Below are positions 45,468 through 53,474 of a DNA stretch of 53,474 nt, one piece after another. How positions within the stretch are numbered: position 1 is the stretch's first letter; each line of letters starts with the position of its first letter. The stretch is from IMG/VR virus record IMGVR_UViG_3300021519_000014, positions 1-53,474 of that record. One strand, written 5' to 3'. Below the pieces are notes generated by a model, which was not told where the DNA came from, did no database searches, and saw only the letters and a list, made by a program, of their open reading frames with translations. The stretch comes from a virus. Taxonomy: Duplodnaviria; Caudoviricetes. The translations under genes and the position numbers were made by a program.

Positions 45468-45860
45468 TCACCACACACGGTCGGGCTGGTCGACCTTGCC
45501 CCTGATCGCCGTATCGTCGATCAGTCTGCAGGCGACGCCGTTGACGTTGATTGCCCAGCCATCGCTGGGGCGGAAGATGACCCAGTCGCCTTCGGCGATG
45601 CCGGCATCGACGAACCACTCGCCGCGCTCGTCAACGAAGGCCCTCGGACCCTTCTTCACGACGAGGCCCGCCTTGCCCTGAATGCGGTCCTCGGAAGTGT
45701 AGCTGTCCGTCAGGTAGATGCCGGATTTAGTTCGGCTCGGCCGCACGTAGATCGCGACCAAAACCGAATTGTTGAAGACATCGACACCGCTCGTGTCGCC
45801 AAGTGTCGCGAGCAAGTCCTTTTTCGGGTCGACGTCGTGCTTCATTGCCATCTGTGGCAT
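45468..45860 (-). CDS. groES: GroES-like co-chaperonin
   Basis: VLVAIYVRPSRTKSGIYL...LVVKKGP...EGDWVIF...RLIDD; GAGGAG RBS. Confidence 0.8.
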   Translation of the reverse strand: MPQMAMKHDVDPKKDLLATLGDTSGVDVFNNSVLVAIYVRPSRTKSGIYLTDSYTSEDRIQGKAGLVVKKGPRAFVDERGEWFVDAGIAEGDWVIFRPSDGWAINVNGVACRLIDDTAIRGKVDQPDRVW

Positions 45861-45861
45861 G

Positions 45862-46062
45862 TCAGCTCCTCTCTGCGCCTTTAGTGATAGCCTCCGCTTC
45901 CTCATAGATGTCGAGCGCCTCGCGGAGGCCTTGGAAGCGCCCGGTTTCCCGTGCGTACTCACGCTCGGTCATCGTCCCGTTCATCACGTTGTGTGTGATG
46001 ACGGTCATGCGTTCGGCGGCAAGGTCATTGAACTTGCGGCCAAGTCTCGTGTCGAACTTCAC
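45862..46062 (-). CDS. Small hypothetical protein (66 aa)
   Basis: GAGGAG RBS, GTG start; EYARETGRFQGLREAL. Confidence 0.7.
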   Translation of the reverse strand: MKFDTRLGRKFNDLAAERMTVITHNVMNGTMTEREYARETGRFQGLREALDIYEEAEAITKGAERS

Positions 46063-46122
46063 TGGCTCCTCCCAGTGGCCGAAGGTGGGGCGCCGCGCCG
46101 CGAGGAGTCAGCGCAGCGCCCC
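46060..46122 (-). promoter_or_regulatory. Predicted cis-regulatory kissing-loop RNA over RBS and start codon
   Basis: 14-bp stem with loop ACUCCUCG; second hairpin CACUGG-GAGGAG-CCAGUG; loops complementary over 6 nt. Confidence 0.55.
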
Positions 46123-46137
46123 GTCGCCGGCCGGCGA

Positions 46138-47697
46138 TTATTTCTTATGCTTCTGGATCGCGATCTTCTCGATGCGGCCCATGCCGCCCAGAGCGCCTGC
46201 GTCCATGTCCTTGTAGGAGCGCGCGCGGCCGCCTGACAGGCGCCCCACACGCTTGCCGTGCTCGATCTCGACCTTCTCCAGACGTCCCATGCCGCCCAGA
46301 GCGCCCGCGTCCATGTCCTTGTAGGAGCGGTAGGCGCGGCCGCCGCTCTTGCGCGGCATCGGGGGCATTCCCGGCGGGCCACCCATCGGCGGCATGCCCG
46401 GGGGCGGGCCGGGCGGCGGCATCGGCATCGGGGGCATGCCCGCGCCCATGCCCGGGGGAGCAATCGGCGGGACAGGCATCGGCGACGGCGTCGGCATCTT
46501 GGGCATCATCGCCTGCTGATCGTCGGGCTTGCCGGCGTTGATCGAGATGACGATGTTGGTCTTGCCCTTGGTGCGGCCGCCGCTCTTGCGCGCTTTGCGG
46601 TACGAATTAGCCTTTTCATCCCACTCTTCAAGATTCTCACGTTTTGGGTCATCCGTGCTGCGCGCGGCCTCCCGCATGGCATCATCGTGATCCTTTGCGC
46701 CGATCATGATATGGCCGTACCGGCCCTTCAGGCGGTAAGACTTCAGCCCTTTGTCGGCTAGCGGGCGGTCCTGCATACTACCGCCGTCGGCCTTCGGCAT
46801 GCGGCCGCCGGTGGGGCGTGTGCCGCCGTAGTAGGTGCCGCCGCCCTTGGCCTTCATGGGCATCATCGTGCCGCCCGGCGGGCTCGTCTTGTCGCCCTGA
46901 CCTTCGGGAGGGCCCTTACCCGTCTGGAGCTTCTGCCAGTCTTCGTACTTGGTCTCGGGCGCCGCGCGCTCGCGGGGTCCTAACATCGTGGACGCTCGCT
47001 GCCCCGGCCCCATCAATGCCTGTTTTGTGAGGCTGTCTACGTCCATGCCGCCGCCGTCCTGCTTCTTGGTGCGGCCGCCCTTCGTGTAGCGGCCTGCGAT
47101 GCGGCGCCCCGACGGGGGCAGCGGCGTGTTGGACACGTCGCGCGGCATCGGCTGCTTCTCAGCGTCCGCGGCCATTTTCTCAAAATTGGCTATCTGGTAA
47201 GGCGTCATCTTGGCGTTGGGGTCCATCTTGCCGCCGTCGGCCTTCTTGGTGCGGCCGCCCTTCTTCAGCTTGATGTCCTCGTGCTTGCCGCCGTGCATGT
47301 GTTCGTCATGCTGGCGGAATGCCTTCTTGACCAGCTTCTTGTCCTGCTCGACGTCGCCGCCGCTCTTGTAGCCGCCGACATGGGCGTCGCCGCCCTCGCG
47401 TGCGAGGTTCGCCTTCTTCACGTTGCGATTGATCAGGTCCGTCACCAGCGAGCGGCCGCCGCCCTTACGCTGCTTGCGGTCGGCGCGCATGGCGGTGGGG
47501 CTGCCCTCAATGACCTTGCCGCCCTTCCTGTAGGCGCGGCGCGTCAGGGGGCGCATGCCCGTCTTCATGTCGGTGTTCATCATCTCGGGCGGCGACCAGC
47601 TCGACGCGTCGACCTTGGTCTTCGGATCGCCCTTGCCGCCCATGCGGGAGGCCTTGGCCTTCATGGCCGCGCGTGCGGCCTTCGACATCTCACTCAT
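46138..47697 (-). CDS. Basic low-complexity late protein with >10 xxxGG motifs (519 aa)
   Basis: K/G/M/P-rich; GGAG RBS; duplicated C-terminal SYKDMDAGALGGMGR. Confidence 0.75.
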   Translation of the reverse strand: MSEMSKAARAAMKAKASRMGGKGDPKTKVDASSWSPPEMMNTDMKTGMRPLTRRAYRKGGKVIEGSPTAMRADRKQRKGGGRSLVTDLINRNVKKANLAREGGDAHVGGYKSGGDVEQDKKLVKKAFRQHDEHMHGGKHEDIKLKKGGRTKKADGGKMDPNAKMTPYQIANFEKMAADAEKQPMPRDVSNTPLPPSGRRIAGRYTKGGRTKKQDGGGMDVDSLTKQALMGPGQRASTMLGPRERAAPETKYEDWQKLQTGKGPPEGQGDKTSPPGGTMMPMKAKGGGTYYGGTRPTGGRMPKADGGSMQDRPLADKGLKSYRLKGRYGHIMIGAKDHDDAMREAARSTDDPKRENLEEWDEKANSYRKARKSGGRTKGKTNIVISINAGKPDDQQAMMPKMPTPSPMPVPPIAPPGMGAGMPPMPMPPPGPPPGMPPMGGPPGMPPMPRKSGGRAYRSYKDMDAGALGGMGRLEKVEIEHGKRVGRLSGGRARSYKDMDAGALGGMGRIEKIAIQKHKK

Positions 47698-50600
47698 TTA
47701 TTTTCTCCGTGTTATCGCGAGCGCACGCTCGACAATGTTGGTTGCGCGCCCACCGCGTTTAAAGTCGCCCGAGCCGGTGCCGTCGCCGCCCAGTATCTCG
47801 GTCGGTGAGGGTCCGTAGTTCGTCTGGTAGTACGGCATTGCATCGGCGGCGGGTTGTACCGGCGCGACGGCGGGTGCGGGCGCGGCGACCTTCGGGGTCG
47901 TCGGGAACATCTCTTCGTAGGTCTTGCCGTTCAACGCATTATACATCAGGGCACGGCTGGCATCGTTGGGGGCATCCCCTCTCGCCTGCGCATCCATGCG
48001 CTGGTAGGCCCCGTAGGGGGCCCGCTGCGGCATGGCCTGCTGCTGCTGCGGGGCCTGCGCTGCGACCTGCCGGTTGAGGTCGCTGAAGGCCCCCCGCAGG
48101 TTCTGCTGGAGCTGTTCGACGCCGCCGCCGGGTGTGTAGCCGGCGCGGCGATTAGCTACTTCGCGTGTGGGTGCACGGCCGGATCGCGTCGAAACATAGG
48201 GGGCAAATCCTCCTCTTGCTCGGCCGACAGGCGCGAGGGCGGCTTGCCCGCGTACAAGAGGTTCAGAAAGTGCTCCCTGTCCAGCGGGACTTTGGTTGCC
48301 CTCATCAGGTCCAGAAGACCCTCCCACGAACCATGTCGGGGCTGGGATGCCGTGGGGGGCTGATAGATTGACGATGCGCTGCTGGGCTTCATGTTGGTCT
48401 ATCTTTCCGTTGCGGTATTGCTTCCAGACATCGGTCACACGCGCATTATGCGCGGGGGTCTTGGCGGTGTCGGGAAAGAGCCCTCGCACCGCTTCCCACG
48501 TAATCGACTGCATTTCGCGTGGCAGGATACCACGCGACGCCGCCGCCTTGCGATATGCATCTGCGTACAGTGGGTACGTGCCTTGGATGCCGGTCATCGC
48601 CGTCCCGCGCGCGGCGGGCAACCCGACGCCGGGGTGGTTGGCGAAGTTGTGGGCCACTTCTAGAGAGTTGCCCGATAACGGGCGCAACAACCCCGCCGCT
48701 ACAGCGTGCGTGTCGATGGTGACGTCGCCGTGAGGGGACTGCGGCGCCAGAATGTTGTTGTAGAAGTTACGGACTTTATGCTTCTCGCCCATCAGCTGAG
48801 AGAGCGCCTCCGGGTTTCCCGCGTTCTCAATAGCTTGAATAGCTTTTCCGATTTCCGTGAGCGACCCCCACCCAACCTTTGCCTTCGCGCCTTTGGCGGT
48901 GGCCACGAAATCGCCGTCTCCGCCTTCCGGTGTAATGATGCGATGCGCCGGGTCGCTGTGCGCTTCGTCGTGCATCCTGATCCATAGCGCCTTGGCCTGC
49001 GCCTTGGCTGCTGGCGACAGGTCAAGGCCGTCAAGATCCGCCAATGAGCGGCCATTCATAAGCTGCCGCACGCCTTCATACGCCGGTTTGTTGAGCGACG
49101 GGCGCGACGTGAACGTCTTGGCCATCTTGTCGTCGAAGGCGAAACCCTTGTAAAAATTTTCGTTGCCGCGCATGGCGTTAAGGACGCGCTCGGCCAGCGA
49201 GACGTTCTGGTACCAATCTTTCTGCGGTGACAGCGCGGCCAGTGCGCCCGCGATGCTATGATCCGGCAAGCCGTACTTCTGCGACCAACGGTCGGTGATT
49301 GCCCGCGCGCCGTCGTACCAGAGCTTGCTGCGCTGCCGGATGTGCTCGGGCACCGCGTCGTGCAGGGCCAACAAGTTGTCCGTCACGTGGTTTATAAAAG
49401 CATCGGCTACTTTGTCGTGGTTTTTATACCCCGCAACTTTGGCGGTCGTGTTTGGATACGCGCGCACCAAATCAACATTTGAACGGAATACATCAGGTGT
49501 TTGTTTCATAGATGCCACATCAACAATGTGGCGTTCACCTGCGGTGGGGGTGTGTTTCTTGCTAGTGATCAACCGCGTAGGAATCCACGCTGGGTGGTCG
49601 CCTGTGGCTTCGCCACCGTCAGCGTAACGCTGGTGCACCCCTACATCTCCGCCGCGCTTGAATGAGTTGAAGCCGTTGGCCTTGATGCTGTCGCGCATCT
49701 GCGGCGTGACGTCGAGGCTGTGAAGTCGAGATACGTCAGTCGTGGATGGGCGGTAGTTGGACGGCGTCACCAAGTCGTCGCGCTCTTCATCGGTCAACTC
49801 TTCAAAGGGGCGCGAGGACTGCATCTCGTGCGCGTGCAGGTTGACCTTCGCCTGCGGGTCGTGCTGCTGCGCGAGGGCCTGCAGGCGCTTCGGGAGGATG
49901 TTGTCGTAGTAGCCGCGCATGCCCTCGCCGCCGACCTTCAAGCCTTCGCCCTCAAGCTCGTGGTAGAACTCGCCGCCCAGCTTGCCGCGACCCTCGTAGC
50001 GTTGCATCCCCTGCTTCAGGATCCGGTCGGCGGCCTCCTTGCCGATGTGCTTCGACAGGTCCTCTGGCTTCACGTTCTCATGTTCGACGCCTTGGTTGTC
50101 GTGCGTCGTCGCGTGAAGGTAGCCGAGGTCGGGATAATACTGGATGTTCTTGACCTGACTGCTCAGGTCGTACCGCTTGTTCTGCTCGTCGCCCGGCGTG
50201 ACGACGATCTTGTCGTAGCCGCCGTGCGCGGCCTCGTGCAGGACGCGCTTCAGCGCGAGGTCGGTCCACTTCTGGGTGTTGTCGACGTAAGGACCAGAAG
50301 GAACGCCCTTGTCGCCCTTCGCCGCCATAACATCAATCTGGCGCTGCAATGCTTCGTGCTCTTCTGCAGTGCTAGTAGCATCGCGGCGGTGCAGCAAATC
50401 TTGAAATTTTGCCTCGTTGTCAAATCCGCGTTCACGGCCCTGCTGGCCCCAGTCGCTCTGGGCTTCCTCAAGGTGGAGGATCTTCTCGCCGTTCGGGCCT
50501 TTACGGTCGGACATGCGGACGTGCGCGAGGACGTTAGGCTCGTCCCAGTGGCCGGATTTGTAGTTTTGCGTGCCGTGTCTGGCTTTGAGTTGCGTCAACT

Positions 50601-51255
50601 CTTCGCCAGCCTGCATAGCTTCCCGCTCGCGTAGATCGTGGTCTGCACGAGACGTTTGCGAATTGCCGCCGAGTTGATCAAGTAGTGAAGCATCGAACGC
50701 GGCAAGTGCTTGCTTGTGGCGTGCGCGCGCGGCGTCTACCGCGGGATGGTCTTTTGAAGGCGCGTGCAGCAGCACCTCGCGGTAGTTCTCGCCGCCGGGT
50801 AGCGCGGTCTTCTCTTCGCCGTATCGACGCAGCGCCGATTGCTCGTCGTCCCCAGTGTAGACCGTCTCCTGCAGCGGGGCGGCATTGTCCTCAAGGTGCT
50901 TGATCACCTCCTCTCGGGGAAGGGCCTTCGAGCCCAGCGTGTCGAACTTGGAGTGCTTCAGCTCATCGGGCTTGATGCCCGGCATCGCCGCGTACTGCTG
51001 CGGCGTCGCCTTGGCCTGTCCCTTGGACTTGATGATCTTGGCCGCGCCGCTGTAGAGCTTGAAGGGCGGGACCTTGCCGCCTTCGGCATAGCCCGACGGG
51101 CCGATGTACTTGCCGCCGCCGGGGCCGCTGTAGCCGCCGCCGCCGGGCGACGGGTCCATGCCCCCGCCGGGCCCCGGGTAGATGTTGGCCACTCGCCGCA
51201 GCAGGGCGCGCTGGTCGCGGGCGATCATCGTCGCGCGTCGAATGTTATCAGCCAT
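47698..51255 (-). CDS. Large multidomain (polyvalent-type) protein, 1185 aa, including a DUF7178-like domain
   Basis: Domain 1: NYREVLL...HWDEPNVLAHVR...LEEAQSDWGQ. Domain 2: LWYDGAR...AALSPQKDW...KVRNFYNNI...VTIDTHA...MQSITWE. Confidence 0.7.
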   Translation of the reverse strand: MADNIRRATMIARDQRALLRRVANIYPGPGGGMDPSPGGGGYSGPGGGKYIGPSGYAEGGKVPPFKLYSGAAKIIKSKGQAKATPQQYAAMPGIKPDELKHSKFDTLGSKALPREEVIKHLEDNAAPLQETVYTGDDEQSALRRYGEEKTALPGGENYREVLLHAPSKDHPAVDAARARHKQALAAFDASLLDQLGGNSQTSRADHDLREREAMQAGEELTQLKARHGTQNYKSGHWDEPNVLAHVRMSDRKGPNGEKILHLEEAQSDWGQQGRERGFDNEAKFQDLLHRRDATSTAEEHEALQRQIDVMAAKGDKGVPSGPYVDNTQKWTDLALKRVLHEAAHGGYDKIVVTPGDEQNKRYDLSSQVKNIQYYPDLGYLHATTHDNQGVEHENVKPEDLSKHIGKEAADRILKQGMQRYEGRGKLGGEFYHELEGEGLKVGGEGMRGYYDNILPKRLQALAQQHDPQAKVNLHAHEMQSSRPFEELTDEERDDLVTPSNYRPSTTDVSRLHSLDVTPQMRDSIKANGFNSFKRGGDVGVHQRYADGGEATGDHPAWIPTRLITSKKHTPTAGERHIVDVASMKQTPDVFRSNVDLVRAYPNTTAKVAGYKNHDKVADAFINHVTDNLLALHDAVPEHIRQRSKLWYDGARAITDRWSQKYGLPDHSIAGALAALSPQKDWYQNVSLAERVLNAMRGNENFYKGFAFDDKMAKTFTSRPSLNKPAYEGVRQLMNGRSLADLDGLDLSPAAKAQAKALWIRMHDEAHSDPAHRIITPEGGDGDFVATAKGAKAKVGWGSLTEIGKAIQAIENAGNPEALSQLMGEKHKVRNFYNNILAPQSPHGDVTIDTHAVAAGLLRPLSGNSLEVAHNFANHPGVGLPAARGTAMTGIQGTYPLYADAYRKAAASRGILPREMQSITWEAVRGLFPDTAKTPAHNARVTDVWKQYRNGKIDQHEAQQRIVNLSAPHGIPAPTWFVGGSSGPDEGNQSPAGQGALSEPLVRGQAALAPVGRARGGFAPYVSTRSGRAPTREVANRRAGYTPGGGVEQLQQNLRGAFSDLNRQVAAQAPQQQQAMPQRAPYGAYQRMDAQARGDAPNDASRALMYNALNGKTYEEMFPTTPKVAAPAPAVAPVQPAADAMPYYQTNYGPSPTEILGGDGTGSGDFKRGGRATNIVERALAITRRK
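48156..48392 (-). CDS. Nested alternative-frame small ORF (78 aa), candidate immunity/partner protein
   Basis: LLDLMRATKVPLDREHFLNLLYAGKPPSRLSAEQEEDLPPMFR looks folded while the host frame here is linker-like; GGAAAG upstream. Confidence 0.5.
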   Translation of the reverse strand: MKPSSASSIYQPPTASQPRHGSWEGLLDLMRATKVPLDREHFLNLLYAGKPPSRLSAEQEEDLPPMFRRDPAVHPHAK

Positions 51256-53474
51256 CAGGCTTCGCCTTCAGCGCCGCCAGCATGCGCTCGTGGCCGTGCT
51301 GCGCCTCGCGCTCGGTCGTCGCGTGCGCCTGCGCCGTCTTGGTCTTCATCAGGTCGCCCACCAGCTTCAGGTTGGCCTCCTGCAGGCTCGTTTGCCGTTC
51401 GAGGTCGCGGTTCTCGTCTTCCTTGAGCGCACGCTCCTGCTTGAACTGCACGTCCTTGGCGTTCGATGCGACCTCGGCCGCCTTCAGGGCCAGCTCTTGG
51501 CTCTTGTCCTCGGGCGGCGCCAGCCCCGTCGGGGGCTTGCTGGCCTCGATCTGCAGCTTGGCCTGCCCGAGCTGGCCCTCCTGCTGCAGTTTCGCCTGCT
51601 CAAGCTGCATCTTGCCGGCGTCGGCCTGCGCCTTCTGCTGGAGCGCCTCGCGCTTGATCTGCTGCTCGCCGTGCTTGAGCTTCAGCTCCTCCATGCCCTG
51701 CTGGACTTCCAGAGGCGGCTTGTTCATGGCCGCGGGCGGCACGAAGAACTGCTCCGGGTTGTTCCAGCCCAGCGCCTGCAGGGCCGCGGTGTCGACGGCA
51801 ATCGGGTCGTACAGGGACGGGCTCGAACTCTGCAGCTGCTTCAGGGCCATGACCTTGATGATGCGCTGCGTGTGGCTCGCCGTGTTCGGGTCGGCCTGCG
51901 GCACCAGCGACTGCGAGTACATGTCGAGCGCGTCGCGGAAGGTCTTCTCGTCCCACGCGAAGGCCGGCTTGCGGTTGCGCTGCCAGAAGCTCTCCGGGTT
52001 CTCCTTGAAGCACTTGACAAGGAGCTGGAACTCCTCGGCCTGCGCCGCGTGCATGCGCTTGTGGACGCTGTTCAGGATCTTCTGCGCCTGCTCGATCAGG
52101 GCCAGCGTCGTGCCCACCGGCGCGTCGGCGCGGCCCTCGCCGACCTGCTGCTCGCTCGTCCCGCCCAAGCGGGCGCCGGTCGTGGCGATGTTGTCGACGA
52201 GCGTCATCAGGGCCGCGCTCGGCTCCTTGTACGGGAGCGGCATGATCGCCTGACTGAGCGGCATGCCGCCCGTCTTCACGAGCGCGCCGCCGCCCGGCGG
52301 GACGCGGAAGATGTTCGTGTTCTGGCGGCCGCCGGCGTCGCTGAAGAGAAATCCGGGGAAGTTCGCGTACATGCCCGCGTCGAGCAGCTCGCGCCACGCC
52401 GCGGTGATGGCGTTCGTCGTGTTGCCGAGGATGTGCAGCAGGCCGATGGGGTAGAAGCCGAAGCCGGGCACGAACGTGTACGGGACGAACACGGGCCGCG
52501 CCTCGGGCAGCTCCGCAGTGTCCTCGTCGTAGTTGCGGACGATGGACAGGATCTGTCTGGAGCTGACGTCGAGGGTCACGCGCCACGGGATTTCGAGGCC
52601 GCTCTCCTTGCCCTTCCACTTGTGCTCGTAGCCCTTGATGTTCAGCTCGCAGTAGCACTCGTAGATTTCGCGGTCGCGGTCGTCCGGGTTCAGCGCCTCG
52701 GGCTCGACGCCCTGCTGCGACTTCTTCTCGCGCTGCGCGCTGTCCAACGTCTGCGGCATCGGCGTCGAGAGCGGCACGTCGCGGTAGGCGCCCAGAATCT
52801 GCAGGCGCTTCACCGTCGAGGGCCGCATCTGGACGCGGTGCGTCACGCGCTTGGCGCTGCGGATGTCAGTCGCCGCCGCGTTGACGATCAAGTCCTCGGC
52901 GTCAACCGTCTCGCTGATCGGCCGGTTGCGGAGCGGGCAGAAATACACCTTCTTGAACGAGAGGCCGCCGAAGCCGAGCATCAGCAGCATGCGGTCGGTG
53001 TCGGGGTAGTACTCGGACGCCGTGACCGTCAGGTAGTGGTTGAGGTCTTTCTCCAGCGCGTCGGCCATGCGGTCGGTCTGAAACGTGCCGTTGTTGTCGT
53101 CGACCCGGATCTTGACGGGGCCGTCGGTCGGGAGCAGCTCGGCGCGCGCGTTCGCCTGAAAGCGCAGCACGGCTTCGAGCAGCAGCGGGTGGCGGACGCG
53201 GTTCATGCCCTCGACCGGCGCGCCCTCGGCGGCGCCGCCGATGCCCGGCACTTCGATCTTCAGGCCCAGCAGCTTGATGCCCTGCGCGCGGTCCTCGATC
53301 CACTCCTTGCGGCTGTCGAGGTCGTCGCCGACGCCCCTGATCAGGTCGTCGGCAATGCGCGACAGCTCGGCGTCGTCGATCTTGTCGATCAGGTTGTTGA
53401 ACCAGCCGCCGGTGCCTTCCTTGGCGCTCTCTTCGACGGGCTTGCCGTCGAGGCTGATCGTGATGCTACCGTCG
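51248..53474 (-). CDS. Portal protein (5' end outside window)
   Basis: Frame stays open upstream of the track start (…DLDSRKEW…GIKLLGLK…); HPLLLEAVLRFQANA, GFGGLSFKKVY, PGFGFYPIGL, APVGTTLALIE; coiled-coil C-terminus. Confidence 0.85.
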   Translation of the reverse strand, partial: DGSITISLDGKPVEESAKEGTGGWFNNLIDKIDDAELSRIADDLIRGVGDDLDSRKEWIEDRAQGIKLLGLKIEVPGIGGAAEGAPVEGMNRVRHPLLLEAVLRFQANARAELLPTDGPVKIRVDDNNGTFQTDRMADALEKDLNHYLTVTASEYYPDTDRMLLMLGFGGLSFKKVYFCPLRNRPISETVDAEDLIVNAAATDIRSAKRVTHRVQMRPSTVKRLQILGAYRDVPLSTPMPQTLDSAQREKKSQQGVEPEALNPDDRDREIYECYCELNIKGYEHKWKGKESGLEIPWRVTLDVSSRQILSIVRNYDEDTAELPEARPVFVPYTFVPGFGFYPIGLLHILGNTTNAITAAWRELLDAGMYANFPGFLFSDAGGRQNTNIFRVPPGGGALVKTGGMPLSQAIMPLPYKEPSAALMTLVDNIATTGARLGGTSEQQVGEGRADAPVGTTLALIEQAQKILNSVHKRMHAAQAEEFQLLVKCFKENPESFWQRNRKPAFAWDEKTFRDALDMYSQSLVPQADPNTASHTQRIIKVMALKQLQSSSPSLYDPIAVDTAALQALGWNNPEQFFVPPAAMNKPPLEVQQGMEELKLKHGEQQIKREALQQKAQADAGKMQLEQAKLQQEGQLGQAKLQIEASKPPTGLAPPEDKSQELALKAAEVASNAKDVQFKQERALKEDENRDLERQTSLQEANLKLVGDLMKTKTAQAHATTEREAQHGHERMLAALKAKPDG

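Noticed and set aside
1-53474. Terminase, integrase, tRNA or rRNA genes
   Set aside because: None recognised by eye. The terminase probably lies beyond the truncated portal, so lifestyle cannot be called; tRNAscan-SE would be needed to exclude tRNAs.

Overview
A GC-rich tailed dsDNA phage (Caudoviricetes) genome segment with podovirus-like organisation; the host may be a proteobacterium (inference only). From ~990 to 17000, mostly on the + strand, are small early genes behind repeated sigma70-like promoters, a DUF6745-type protein with a 12-bp tandem array, an N6-adenine methyltransferase and a replication module. That module comprises an SNF2-like helicase and VRR-NUC nuclease on the - strand, then a Cas4-like exonuclease, a putative SSB, a family-A DNA polymerase with an intein, and a primase/VapE helicase. 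From ~17100 to 53474 on the - strand is the virion/lysis arm: portal (5'-truncated), large internal/ejection proteins, GroES-like protein, scaffold, major capsid, adaptor/nozzle, tail spike/fibres, lysis cassette and a free-standing HNH endonuclease. I found no terminase, integrase, tRNA or CRISPR array. The most interesting observations are: (1) an HNH-derived ORF overprinted in the +1 frame inside the polymerase intein, with its RBS and start supplied by the intein's own codons; (2) a recurring basic/aromatic-x-x-GG motif punctuating six late proteins and bracketing cargo-like domains, one followed by a nested out-of-frame small gene (possible effector-immunity pair); (3) a predicted kissing-loop RNA sequestering the RBS and start codon of the gene preceding groES. 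All family names come from motif recognition by eye, not database searches.
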